From Candidatus Bathyarchaeia archaeon (GTDB taxonomy: Archaea; Thermoproteota; Bathyarchaeia; TCS64): a stretch of DNA of 64,000 nucleotides. The position numbers and the translations under genes were made by a program. The stretch is taken from the NCBI GenBank assembly GCA_050014495.1, contig JBEKDF010000005.1, positions 32,001-96,000 on the forward strand. The letters run 5' to 3'. Of the stretch, positions 20,502 through 30,660 are shown in pieces. The notes under the pieces were generated by a model. The model made no database searches, was not told the origin of the DNA, and saw only the letters and a program-made list of their open reading frames with translations. The first letter of the stretch is position 1. The number at the start of each line of letters is the position of its first letter.

Positions 20502-22292
20502 TTATCCGGAATAGTAGTAGCGTTTGGCATCCTTTTGCTCCCGGTCGAGTCTGCTCCCCGGCTTGTTGACGCGTGGCCTCTTAGTGTCAGCGTCGCGGCG
20601 GAAAGTTACCCCCATCTGCTCGAGGAAGGTGTTCATCCCATCCTCGAGGCTGAGTGGTTGGCCCGCATGACCCCTCCGCCCTGCCTCACCCGTGAAGACC
20701 ATGAGCTTATCTGCGATGAAATCCTGCGTGACTATGTCGTGCTCTACCACAAAAGCGGTTACGCCCCTCATCTTCGTGATGCGGCGTACAGCTCGAGCCA
20801 CCGCCAGGCGCTCCTCCACGTCTAGGTAGGCACTCGGTTCGTCGAGGAGATAGATGTCGGCGTTCCTGCTAAGGCACTCAGCGATAGCGACGCGTTGAAG
20901 TTCCCCACCACTTAGGACCTTGACGTCCCTCTCCAGCATCCGTTTAACATGGAGGGGGTCTAACACCTCTGCGGTAAACCACTGCTCCCCATACTTTTCC
21001 CCCGCTGCTTTCCTAAGCACCTGCTCGACGGTGCCAGGCACACTACTCTGGCTAATGTACTGGGGTTTGTAACTCACCTTAAGGGTCGGGTTGTTGACCG
21101 AACCTTCGTCGGGCTGTTCCAGCCCTGCAAGCATCTTGATGAACGTCGTCTTCCCGATCCCGTTCATACCGAGGATGCCAACGACCTCCCCGATCCCTAT
21201 TTTTCCCTCCTCCACGTCGAGACTGAAGCCATTATAGCGCTTCTTCAACTCGCTCCACTGGAGGAGAGTGCGTGCCCTCGTCCTGTCGACGTTCGGAGGC
21301 TTGTCATGGAAAATGATCGGGGTCTCCCTGAAGCGGATATTCTCGTCGGGGATATAGCCGTTTATGTAGATGTTTATGCCCTCACGGACGGTATGGATGT
21401 GGCTCACGATGCCGTAGACATCGGGTTCACCGTAAAGAAGAAAGACATCGTCGCTCATATAGTCGAGAACGGCGAGGTCGTGCTCCGCGGCGACAACCAT
21501 CTTATCCGCGTCAACTAGGCCACGTATGACACGGGCCGCCTTTGTGCGCTGGTAGATGTCCAGGTGGCCGCTTGGCTCGTCGAATAGATAGACCTTGGCA
21601 TCTCTGAGAACCGCTGTGGCTATTGCGACGCGCTGAAGCTCACCTCCCGAGAGGATGTCGAGTGGCCTGTCCATCAAGTTTTCGAGCTCAAGCTCCTTCG
21701 CAACCTGATCCATAACGCCCCGCTGGTCGAACCTCTTCATTACTTCGCCCACGGTGCCCTTGACTATCTTCGGAATCCTATCGACATACTGGGGCTTTAG
21801 CACCACTTGCATGCGCCCACCATAGAGGGCGTCGAGGTAGTCGTACATGGGCTGTCCAGCATAGTTTTCCTCAACCTGCTCCTTAGTGGGAGGCTCCATG
21901 TAGTTACCTAAGTTTGGCACAAGTTCCCCGCTGAGGATGCGGAGGATTGTTGACTTGCCTATCCCGTTGCGGCCGAGGAGGCCGACGACACTCCCCTGCT
22001 TCAGTGTTGGGAGCCTGTAAAGGGTGAAAGCGTTTGGGCCGAAGCGGTGGGTGTGATCGGTCTTCAGTTCATCCGGGAGGTTGACTATCCGAAGAGCATC
22101 GAATGGGCACTTCTTTACACAAATACCGCAACCGCTGCAGATCATCTCCGCTACGTAAGCCTTACCATCATCGCCAATGCGAATCGCCTCCCTCCGAGTA
22201 CGTACCATTGGGCAGAACCTTATGCAGACGAGGTCACACTTCTCCGGCTTGCAACGCTCCTTATCGACGACGGCGACTCTCAACACTGGCAC
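20502..22292 (-). CDS. Ribosome recycling ATPase ABCE1/RLI
   Basis: N-terminal Fe-S cysteines, two ABC domains (G.NGIGKS/T, LSGGELQR), TFRRD...RPRVNK..S.LDREQK. Confidence 0.96.
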   Translation of the reverse strand: MPVLRVAVVDKERCKPEKCDLVCIRFCPMVRTRREAIRIGDDGKAYVAEMICSGCGICVKKCPFDALRIVNLPDELKTDHTHRFGPNAFTLYRLPTLKQGSVVGLLGRNGIGKSTILRILSGELVPNLGNYMEPPTKEQVEENYAGQPMYDYLDALYGGRMQVVLKPQYVDRIPKIVKGTVGEVMKRFDQRGVMDQVAKELELENLMDRPLDILSGGELQRVAIATAVLRDAKVYLFDEPSGHLDIYQRTKAARVIRGLVDADKMVVAAEHDLAVLDYMSDDVFLLYGEPDVYGIVSHIHTVREGINIYINGYIPDENIRFRETPIIFHDKPPNVDRTRARTLLQWSELKKRYNGFSLDVEEGKIGIGEVVGILGMNGIGKTTFIKMLAGLEQPDEGSVNNPTLKVSYKPQYISQSSVPGTVEQVLRKAAGEKYGEQWFTAEVLDPLHVKRMLERDVKVLSGGELQRVAIAECLSRNADIYLLDEPSAYLDVEERLAVARAVRRITKMRGVTAFVVEHDIVTQDFIADKLMVFTGEAGRRGHAGQPLSLEDGMNTFLEQMGVTFRRDADTKRPRVNKPGSRLDREQKDAKRYYYSG

Positions 22293-22345
22293 CCAGTTGT
22301 CGATTATTGATGGAGCCCCTTATTTAAGCAGTAATCAACGGAGAG

Positions 22346-23488
22346 TTAGGAGAGCTTCCTTAGTTTCGTCCCCTTGGGTGCCCACGTCTTGGTCAAGGTC
22401 TCCTCGATAACGCCCCTGTGCCCTGCGGGATCATACATCGCTTCGACGAGGGCGTCGTAATCCAGGTCATTCACGATTTCGGCTCCCGCGTTGAGTGCGT
22501 TCATGTTGAGGACTATCGCCTTCTCGACGGGTAATCTCTCCGGGTTTATATCAATGCCATAGAAGCCAGAGTAAGCGTACATCTTGAATACGAGGAGTGT
22601 AGAGAGCATCTGGTCGATGCCTAGGACGCCAGCGTTGAGGTCCTGGTCATAGTTGCCAAGAGGCTGGCTATTCCAGTGGCTATGAGCGAGGCGCCCCTCT
22701 CGTAACACCGAAGCAAAGGCTCCGGGAAGGTCTTCGTGACCCATCAGCACGTGGCCCACCTCTGGGTTGAGCCCCAACATTGCATGTCCGTTTTCCAACA
22801 GCTTCAAGTTCTCCCTATGTTTGAGGAGCGCTTCGACGTTCCGGGCGAAGAGCAGCCCGTTCGCCGTATTCCTGTAGATGTTGTTCCCTCGGGGTTCGTA
22901 GGGCTTCGGCTCCATCGCCACCCTCATCCCGGGGACCTCATCCATAGCCTCCGCGACGGCTCCTTCGAAGCGACTCCACATACCATAGTAGTCGTGGCCG
23001 AACGGGTTCTCATATCCGTCTATACCTGGCCAGATGACGCAGATATCGGTCCCAAGTTCTTTATTGAGCCTGAGGCTCTCCTTAAGGCGATCCGTAGCTG
23101 CCTTACGGACCTTGACGTCGGGGTTGCTTAGGCTGCCAAACTCAAACTGCTTGTCAAAAAAGAGCATCGGGATGCAGGTGATGAGCTTGATGCCCATCTC
23201 CTTCTCCAACGCCTTGTAGAGATAGACGTTCTCTCTGTTCACCTCGTTAGGGTAGTGTGCCTCAACACCGAGGGATGAGTCGACGCTACCTGCGTCCTTC
23301 ATTTCCTTTATCTTCTCGATACAGTCCGCGATTGTGCCCTTCTCTACATAGGCGTCGTGGAATCGCCCACCGCCGGGGTAGAAGTACCAGACGCCGATGC
23401 TGAACCGTGGCTTAAGCTTCGACCTCTTGAGATGCCTGAGCATCTCATCAGGGGTCCTCTCCATTTTTTGGGGTCTCAAGTCTAGCAT
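22346..23488 (-). CDS. xylA: Xylose isomerase-like TIM-barrel sugar isomerase
   Basis: WPG.DG, EPKPYEPR, NPEVGH, H.N.Q...YDQDL; co-oriented with xylulokinase. Confidence 0.75.
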   Translation of the reverse strand: MLDLRPQKMERTPDEMLRHLKRSKLKPRFSIGVWYFYPGGGRFHDAYVEKGTIADCIEKIKEMKDAGSVDSSLGVEAHYPNEVNRENVYLYKALEKEMGIKLITCIPMLFFDKQFEFGSLSNPDVKVRKAATDRLKESLRLNKELGTDICVIWPGIDGYENPFGHDYYGMWSRFEGAVAEAMDEVPGMRVAMEPKPYEPRGNNIYRNTANGLLFARNVEALLKHRENLKLLENGHAMLGLNPEVGHVLMGHEDLPGAFASVLREGRLAHSHWNSQPLGNYDQDLNAGVLGIDQMLSTLLVFKMYAYSGFYGIDINPERLPVEKAIVLNMNALNAGAEIVNDLDYDALVEAMYDPAGHRGVIEETLTKTWAPKGTKLRKLS

Positions 23489-23529
23489 GGGTTGAAGGTA
23501 GCTTGGAGTCCTAAAAACAGTTTTCCGAT

Positions 23530-25026
23530 TTATAAGGCGAAGGCGCCCCTGAGATCTACACTTATCCTATCCTGCAGCTGCTGGAGCCTTCGGTATCTCT
23601 CGATGTTGCCACTGTCGGGCTTGGCCCGAGTCGTTTCGTCGAGGTGGACGAATGAATCTGTTATCTCCGAGATGGGGATACTGCAATCATGTGTCCAGAG
23701 TGCTTGTAGTGCTGCCCCATATGCAGCGCCCTCGTCTACTTCCAGGCATACGGTCTCGACACCGAAGACATCGGCGCACATCCCCCTCCAGGCCCTGTTC
23801 TTTGAGCCCCCACCGGTGAGGCGGACCTCGCTCGGTTCTAAGCCCATCTCCTTGAGCCGATTGAAGCCAAAGTTGAGACCCATTGTTGCGCCTTCCATGG
23901 CTGCGCGTAAGAGGTTCAGAGATGTGAAGTTCTCGGTGGTGAGCCCGTAAAGTACACCCTTGCCGTCTGGGACGTTTGGTGTTCGCTCCCCTGTCATATA
24001 CGGGAGCAGGAGGACGCCATTCGAGCCAACAGGGGTCGTCCTCACCGCTTCCTCAAGCTCATCGTAGCTGAGGCCAAACAATCCCCTCATCGCTTCAGTG
24101 GCCACTGTTACGTTCATCGTACATGCGAGGGGTAGCCATGCCCCGGTTGAGTCACAGAAGGCGTGTGCTTCACCAAGAGGGTCGATGACGGGCTTTTCCG
24201 AATAAGCGTAAATTGTACCCGAGGTTCCGAGGCTGATGGAGACGATGCCGGGTTTCGTGTTCCCCGTCCCAATTGCACCCATCATATTGTCCCCACCACC
24301 GGCGCTTACGGTGATGTCCTCTGGGAGCCCAAGAAGCTTCGCCGCCTCACTTCTTAGGGTTCCCGCAGGCTCATTCGAAGAATGTATCTCTGGCAGCTTC
24401 TCCATCAGAGCTGTATCGATAGCGTCGACGACCTCCCTCCTCCACCTTCTGGTCTTCACGTCCATGAGGGCTGTCCCAGAGGCGTCACCGGGCTCCATCG
24501 TCACCCTCCCAGTGAGCCAATAGTTGAGGTAATCATGGGGTAGGAGCACCTTTTCGAGGCGTGAGTAGTTCCGAGGTTCGTGCCTCTTCAACCAGAGAAT
24601 CTTTCCAGCGGTGAAGCCGGGAAGGATCGTGTTACCTGTCAGTTTCACGACCTCCCTCACACCGCCGAGGTGCTCGATGAGATATCTGCACTCCTCTGCG
24701 GTGCTTGTGTCGTTCCAGAGCTTCGCAGGGCGGATGATTTCGCCTTTCGCGTCGAGTGGGACGAATCCGTGCTGCTGACCCGAGACGCCGATTCCCTCAA
24801 TAATGCCATCGATCCTCGCCTCAGATAGGGCGTCTCTCACCGACTTGATCATAGCCTCTACCCACGTGGATGGGTACTGCTCGCGGTAACCTGCTGGCAG
24901 CCCCTCGATCAACCCATACCCAATGTAGCCACTCCCAACTACAATTCCTTCCCCTCCGTCGACGACGACAGCTTTCGTCCCCTGAGAGCCGCAGTCGACA
25001 CCCACATAGAAGCTCTTATGGCCCAT
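23530..25026 (-). CDS. xylB: Xylulokinase (FGGY family)
   Basis: GVDCGSQG.K, SGQQHG, AKLWNDT, GGGDN, GERTP, GGGSK. Confidence 0.92.
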   Translation of the reverse strand: MGHKSFYVGVDCGSQGTKAVVVDGGEGIVVGSGYIGYGLIEGLPAGYREQYPSTWVEAMIKSVRDALSEARIDGIIEGIGVSGQQHGFVPLDAKGEIIRPAKLWNDTSTAEECRYLIEHLGGVREVVKLTGNTILPGFTAGKILWLKRHEPRNYSRLEKVLLPHDYLNYWLTGRVTMEPGDASGTALMDVKTRRWRREVVDAIDTALMEKLPEIHSSNEPAGTLRSEAAKLLGLPEDITVSAGGGDNMMGAIGTGNTKPGIVSISLGTSGTIYAYSEKPVIDPLGEAHAFCDSTGAWLPLACTMNVTVATEAMRGLFGLSYDELEEAVRTTPVGSNGVLLLPYMTGERTPNVPDGKGVLYGLTTENFTSLNLLRAAMEGATMGLNFGFNRLKEMGLEPSEVRLTGGGSKNRAWRGMCADVFGVETVCLEVDEGAAYGAALQALWTHDCSIPISEITDSFVHLDETTRAKPDSGNIERYRRLQQLQDRISVDLRGAFAL

Positions 25027-25170
25027 CGATCAATCTTTCTCTCAGGTTGCTAAAGAATTCAGGGGTCGAAATAAGTATCGACCTGTATACATGGTAACCT
25101 ATATACCAGTATATCATACACCTCTTTTCTTTCCCAACGCTGATAACGTAATAAGCAAATACTTGAATAG

Positions 25171-26583
25171 GTGTACCCTTTGTCGCGCCATGCCGAGCTG
25201 AGAGAGCTTCAATTACCCAACTTTGGCACCCCCACGGTGGAGCCGACCATCCCCCCCGAAACCTATCTCAATAGGATCGAAAAACTACGTACAAAGGCGC
25301 TTGAACGAGGATACGATTCGTTCATCGTTTATGGTGACCGGGAGCACTTCGCTAACGTCGCATGGCTCACCGGCTACGACCCACGATTCGAGGAGGCCCT
25401 CCTAATTATCGACCTTAAGAATGAAACGAAACCCCTCCTCGTCGTCGGTAACGAGGGTAAGGGTTACACGGGGATAAGCCCCATCGAAAAGAAGCTGCGA
25501 ATTGCCATCTACCAGAGCTTCAGCCTCGTCAGTCAACCCCGGGGGGAGAGCAGACCCCTAAAGGCGATCCTCCGCCTTGGTGGGATCAAGAGAGGTGGCA
25601 AAGTGGGTGTAGCTGGTTGGAAGTACTTCACAGACATCGAGGTGAATGACTATGAGGCGACCTTTGAGATACCCAGCTACATCGCCGACACAGTCAGAAA
25701 GATGGCGGGAAAGGGTAACCTTACTAACGCCAACGCCTTACTTATCCACCCCACCGAGGGTATCCGTGCAATCAATGACGTTGACCAGCTCGCCAGATTC
25801 GAGTATATAGGTACACAGACTAGCCAGGCGCTACGCGACGTTCTCTTCAACCTCCGCCCCGGCATGACTGAGTATGATGCTGTTCGCCTCATGAGGCTGA
25901 ACGGCCTTCCCTTGAGCTGTCACCTGATGCTCAGCACTGGGCCGAGGGCATCAATGGGGCTGCCGAGCCCGTGCAGTCGGGTAATCGAGCGGGGCGATCC
26001 ATTCACGATGGCATACGGGGCATGGGGAAGTCTGAACTCGCGTGCTGGCTTCGTGGTTGAGTCAGAATCAGAGCTACCGAGGGCGATCAGGGACTATATC
26101 CCCAAGTTGGTCGCGCCTTACTTCGAGGCGATAGCTGATTGGTACGAGAAGCTCAGGATAGGAGCCACAGGGGGAGAGCTCTGGAAGGCGATCCACGACC
26201 GCATCGGCGACCCTTTCTACGGGGTCTACCTAAACCCTGGCCACCTCACAAGCCTCGAAGAGTGGCTGAGCAGCCCATCATACAAGGGATCAAAGGAGAA
26301 GCTTGCCTCAGGCATGGCGATTCATGTTGACATAATCCCAGGTACGGGCACGAGGTACTACACGACGAACATCGAGGACGGGCTCTGCCTCACCGACGCT
26401 AAGCTAAAGAAGGAATTCGAGGGTAGATACCCGGAAGCGTGGGAGCGTATACAGGTACGCCGCGCCTTCATGACTGAGGAACTTGGGTTGAGAATCGCCC
26501 CCGAGGTCTTACCCTTCAGCAACATACCTGCTTACCTCCCGCCCTTCATCCTTTCCCCCAACCGGGCAATGAGGATGGCTTAG
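25171..26583 (+). CDS. M24/Xaa-Pro aminopeptidase-like protein
   Basis: YGDREH.AN..LTGYDPRFEE, NPGH, NIED. Confidence 0.7.
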   Translation: MYPLSRHAELRELQLPNFGTPTVEPTIPPETYLNRIEKLRTKALERGYDSFIVYGDREHFANVAWLTGYDPRFEEALLIIDLKNETKPLLVVGNEGKGYTGISPIEKKLRIAIYQSFSLVSQPRGESRPLKAILRLGGIKRGGKVGVAGWKYFTDIEVNDYEATFEIPSYIADTVRKMAGKGNLTNANALLIHPTEGIRAINDVDQLARFEYIGTQTSQALRDVLFNLRPGMTEYDAVRLMRLNGLPLSCHLMLSTGPRASMGLPSPCSRVIERGDPFTMAYGAWGSLNSRAGFVVESESELPRAIRDYIPKLVAPYFEAIADWYEKLRIGATGGELWKAIHDRIGDPFYGVYLNPGHLTSLEEWLSSPSYKGSKEKLASGMAIHVDIIPGTGTRYYTTNIEDGLCLTDAKLKKEFEGRYPEAWERIQVRRAFMTEELGLRIAPEVLPFSNIPAYLPPFILSPNRAMRMA

Positions 26584-26625
26584 ATCGTCGACTGTTTTTT
26601 AAGTGGTTAAGTCTAAAACACCCCC

Positions 26626-28005
26626 ATGCAAGGCGTAATAGGCGTCTATTCTAAGGAGGATGTTGGGACGAAGAGCCTCTACACCCTCTACGGCGTCCAG
26701 CATAGGGGGCAAGAGAGTGCTGGAGTCGCCGTGGCTGGGGACAGGAGCCTCAGGGTCTGGAGTGGGACGGGCCTCGTCTCACGCGTCTTCGACGAGCGTT
26801 ATACCCCCTTCAGCCACCCCGACGACTACGCTGTAATTGGCTGCGCCTCGGGGGAGAGTATAGAGGGCGGCCTTCCGCCATATGTCCTCGAGACCGAACG
26901 ATACAAGATAGCAATCACCCTCGATGGCTATATCCCGAAGAAGCAGGGTGAGTCGAATGAGAATGCGTTCCTCAATATCCTCGAGGAGAAGCTACAGGTG
27001 ACGAGTATAATCCCAGCTATGCGGGAATCAATGTGGAGCCTACCCACAGCCTACTTCAGCCTCGTCGCTGTCGCCCTGGACAAGAAGGAGGAGGAAAGCA
27101 CGCTCATCGCGGTACGTGACCCAAGGGGAGTGAGGCCTCTTCATGTCGCTCGTACGAAGACAAAACTCTTCCTCGCCTCCGAGTCTGCGCCTGTAGACGT
27201 CCTTGAGGAAATGGGTGAGTCTTTCGACGACAGGAGGGACGTTGTCCCTGGCTCGATGATTTACATGAACAAGGAGGGGATCAGGGAAGAGCAGGTAATA
27301 GAGCCTCACCCCGCTCACTGCGCCTTCGAGTGGGTTTACTTTGGCCGCCCCGACTCCGTGCTAGAGGGGAAGAGTGTACATGTCGCCCGCAAAAACCTCG
27401 GCCACGCACTAGTCAAGACACACGGCCTCAAGAGACTGTACAGCGTCGAAAAGGGACCTAAGAGCTACCTAGCTATCATTCCCGTCCCAGATTCCGGGAG
27501 AAGCGTCTGCACCGGAGTAGCCGAGGGCCTTGGGGTCCCTGCTGACGAGGGCATAATCAAGAACGCGTACCTTGGCCGTACATACCTCATCTACGATCCC
27601 TCCTTCAGGAAGACTGCTTCTGACCTGAAGCACAACGTGATACGTGCAACGGTGGGCGGGAAGAAGATAGCAATCTGCGACGACAGCATAGTCAGGGGAA
27701 CCGTTAGCGAGTCGGTCGCGAAGAGCCTCCGCAAGGCCGGCGCCACAGAGGTTGATTACCTAGTCAGCTATGCCCCCATAGTTAACCCATGCTTCAGCGA
27801 CCCGGCCGACAAGCCTCTCGCTGCGAAGCCTTTCAAGGGGAAGAGCATCGAAGAGATCGGACGCCTCGTTGCTAAGGGGCTCCCCAGCATCGATCACATC
27901 CTCTACAACACACCTGAGAACGTAGTCGAGGCCATCGGCTTACCTCTTGAGAAGATATGTACATTCTGTATAACTGGCGTCAACCCCTTCAGGAAGGTCG
28001 AGTAA
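26626..28005 (+). CDS. purF: Amidophosphoribosyltransferase homologue lacking the N-terminal catalytic Cys
   Basis: QHRGQESAG, RDP.G.RPL, ASES, CAFEWVYF.RPDS, PVPDSG, DDSIVRGT, C..C; begins MQGVIG. Confidence 0.85.
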   Translation: MQGVIGVYSKEDVGTKSLYTLYGVQHRGQESAGVAVAGDRSLRVWSGTGLVSRVFDERYTPFSHPDDYAVIGCASGESIEGGLPPYVLETERYKIAITLDGYIPKKQGESNENAFLNILEEKLQVTSIIPAMRESMWSLPTAYFSLVAVALDKKEEESTLIAVRDPRGVRPLHVARTKTKLFLASESAPVDVLEEMGESFDDRRDVVPGSMIYMNKEGIREEQVIEPHPAHCAFEWVYFGRPDSVLEGKSVHVARKNLGHALVKTHGLKRLYSVEKGPKSYLAIIPVPDSGRSVCTGVAEGLGVPADEGIIKNAYLGRTYLIYDPSFRKTASDLKHNVIRATVGGKKIAICDDSIVRGTVSESVAKSLRKAGATEVDYLVSYAPIVNPCFSDPADKPLAAKPFKGKSIEEIGRLVAKGLPSIDHILYNTPENVVEAIGLPLEKICTFCITGVNPFRKVE

Positions 28006-28286
28006 TCTATAGTGGGTAACTCTTCTCCTCTAAGAGGCAAAGAACCCCTATATATCTCCTTGATATCTCGGGATGCTCTATCTTGACAGGATAGATCCCT
28101 CCGACCTCAAGGTGGCGAGGGCGTTACTTAGCTCACCCTTACTTACGCACAGTCGAGCAGTATTTTTTCCCACCTAATACCTACTGCCGTAGATCCGGAG
28201 CCTGACAATCGTAGAGACTCCTCGCTATGATTTTTGGCGTTGAAGTCGACGCAGGGGATATAACGGCGCGTCTTCAATTTGGGGGC

Positions 28287-29045
28287 ATGGGAGCACCGAG
28301 AACGGTCACCGTCGTTGGCTTCAAGGCCGCCAGAAAGACACAGGTCGTCGAGGCGCTAGTCGCTGAGTTGACGCGAAGAGGGTACCGAGTGGGCACATTG
28401 AAACACACGGCGGATGAACATCCCCTAGATAAGCAGTGGACGGACACTTGGCGTCACGTGGAAGCGGGTGCCGTCTCGTCCGCGATCCTATCTGACAATA
28501 GGACCGCTATATTCCTCAAGCGGGCAATGAGCCTGCAGAGGGCTGCGGATGCCCTTGGCGATGTCGACTTTATAATCATGGAGGGGTTCAAGGCCCTCGA
28601 CGTAGCACCGCGGATCATGGTGCCAAGGACTCAAGATGAGGTCGCCACCCTAATGACGGGGCTTGAGATAGCTGTAGTTGATGTCGAAGGAAATATGCTC
28701 GACACCGGTACTTTACCATCGATAAAACTAAGTGACACTGTTGCCCTCACGGACATCGTTGAGAAGCGGGCATATCCGATGCTTGCAGGGTTGGACTGTA
28801 AAGCGTGTGGTTTCCCGACGTGCAGAGAGCTGGGGAAAACAATTCTGACAGGGGAAAGAAAGGCGGAGAGCTGCGTTAAGTACAGCCACGATGTACTCCT
28901 TAGGGTCGACAGTTCCGTAATCCCCCTGAACAAGTTCACTGGTAGCGCCCTCGTCAACGTCGTCCTCGGCTTCATGAAGACCCTGAAAGGCTCCGAAGCC
29001 CCACACCAAGTAGAGCTGGAGTTCGAGGTGAAGAAAGATGCCTGA
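28287..29045 (+). CDS. mobB: MobB molybdopterin-guanine dinucleotide biosynthesis protein with Fe-S domain
   Basis: GF..ARKT, LKH, DT.RH..AGA, EGFK, DCKACGFPTC...C. Confidence 0.85.
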   Translation: MGAPRTVTVVGFKAARKTQVVEALVAELTRRGYRVGTLKHTADEHPLDKQWTDTWRHVEAGAVSSAILSDNRTAIFLKRAMSLQRAADALGDVDFIIMEGFKALDVAPRIMVPRTQDEVATLMTGLEIAVVDVEGNMLDTGTLPSIKLSDTVALTDIVEKRAYPMLAGLDCKACGFPTCRELGKTILTGERKAESCVKYSHDVLLRVDSSVIPLNKFTGSALVNVVLGFMKTLKGSEAPHQVELEFEVKKDA

Positions 29046-29769
29046 GGAGCTGCACATCTGCGTCGACAGCAACGAGGCTAGCAGCCACCGAGACCTACTC
29101 AACTACCTACGCTTATCCGGCGTCACCGTCGACATCAAAAAGCTGACGGTCTGTGACTACGTCGTCTCCGATCGCGTCGGAGTGGAGAGGAAGGACGCGG
29201 GCGACTTCCTCGGTAGCATAATGGATGGACGTCTCTTCAGCCAGGCGAAGGCGATGGCGGAGGCATACGAGAAGCCGATAATTATCCTGGAGGGGACAAT
29301 AAGCAGGGCGCTGAAGAGGAGCGCTATAAAGCCCGCCTCCGTCTACGGAGCGCTGAGCAGCGTCGCCCTCGATTATGGTATCAGTGTCCTCCCCACGGAG
29401 GATATCGACTCCACCGCCATGCTCCTGCAGCGTCTAGCTTACCGGGAGCAGGCGAAGGACAACCGCGCGATTCAACTACGTGCCGTGGACAGGAGCCTAC
29501 CCCTAAACAAACAGCAGCTCTTCCTTCTCAGTGGGTTCCCCCAGATCGGGACTGCTTCGGCAGAGGATCTGCTGGAGAGCTTCGATACCCCACTTAGGGT
29601 CATCGAGGAACTCGCATCAGCCGAGATAAAGATCTCCGCTAGTGGGAAGACTAAGAAGCTCAAGGGGCCACTTACCGAGGTCGGAGGCATAGGCCCAACG
29701 ATAGTGGAGTATGCGCAGACGCTCCTCAAGAGTAGCTACCGAGTAGCCTGCTCCGAGAACCTTGACTGA
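29038..29769 (+). CDS. xpf: Short XPF/ERCC4 structure-specific endonuclease
   Basis: VDS.E, DY.VS..VGVERKD..DF..SI.DGRLF.Q, two HhH motifs. Confidence 0.88.
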   Translation: MPEELHICVDSNEASSHRDLLNYLRLSGVTVDIKKLTVCDYVVSDRVGVERKDAGDFLGSIMDGRLFSQAKAMAEAYEKPIIILEGTISRALKRSAIKPASVYGALSSVALDYGISVLPTEDIDSTAMLLQRLAYREQAKDNRAIQLRAVDRSLPLNKQQLFLLSGFPQIGTASAEDLLESFDTPLRVIEELASAEIKISASGKTKKLKGPLTEVGGIGPTIVEYAQTLLKSSYRVACSENLD

Positions 29770-29810
29770 CCCAGATCTGCTTTATTTTAAACGGAAAAAT
29801 TGGATAATCA

Positions 29811-30091
29811 ATGGAGTCGTTTATCCACACGTTCTCGATTAAGATTCTTCTAGTACTTCTAAAGTCAAGGAGGCGGATGACGCTGGAGGAGCTAGTCAAG
29901 GAGATGGGTGAACAGCACGGGAGCATAACCCACACTATCGATACTGTGAGAAGCAAGACTCGTCGCAGCTTTCTAGGCGAGGTGCACCACACGAGTAGGA
30001 TGTCTACCTCACATCCATGGGCGGACGTGTTGAGAAGCTGAAGGAGATTGAGGACCTAGTGGGATGGACGAAGCTAGGCAGCATTTCCTAA
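29811..30091 (+). pseudogene. Frameshifted winged-helix transcription regulator
   Basis: N-terminal half KILLVL...MTLEELVKEM...ITHTID; C-terminal half VYLTSMGGRVEKLKEIEDL lies in a different frame. Confidence 0.55.
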
Positions 30092-30660
30092 TACTGAATG
30101 CCCACAGTCGAGACGAAGGACTTCATCGCCTTAACCTCTTTGACCTCGTTGACGAAGTCGGCTCTGTCAATAAGTGAGTTAGGCGCGTATCTCCCGGTCA
30201 AAATGGCGTCCATCGCTGGTGGGAGTTTCTCGAGTAGGGCGATCACATCCACGCTCTCGACTATTCCCATATGAGCCGCGAGGCAAACCTCGTCAAGGAT
30301 GATCAACTCGGGTGGATGATCTCCTAAGATTACCTCCTCGGCATACTTCAGCGCTTTCTTAGCTGCTACTTTGTCCTCCTCCGTTATACTTCTTAGGCTA
30401 GCCTTGAAGCCGCCCACATCGACATCAGTGCCAGCCTTTCCCATCTTTATCCAGCCGGGTCTACCAAACTGCTTAATCTCGTAGAGGGGAGCCAGGGTCT
30501 TAGCAGCCTTATACTCACCCGTCTTTTTCCAGTACTTTAGGAACTGGATAACGACTACGTGATGGCCATGGCCGAGGGATCTGAGGGCTAGGCCGAGGGA
30601 GGCGGCGGTCTTGCCTCCGCCTGTGCCGTAGTAGAGATATATATGTCCCATGGTTGTCAC
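30088..30660 (-). CDS. Cob(I)alamin adenosyltransferase (CobA/BtuR/CobO type)
   Basis: YYG.GGGKT.A.LGLALR..GHG, QFLK, LDEV, LTGRYAP, AD.V.E. Confidence 0.9.
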   Translation of the reverse strand: MTTMGHIYLYYGTGGGKTAASLGLALRSLGHGHHVVVIQFLKYWKKTGEYKAAKTLAPLYEIKQFGRPGWIKMGKAGTDVDVGGFKASLRSITEEDKVAAKKALKYAEEVILGDHPPELIILDEVCLAAHMGIVESVDVIALLEKLPPAMDAILTGRYAPNSLIDRADFVNEVKEVKAMKSFVSTVGIQY

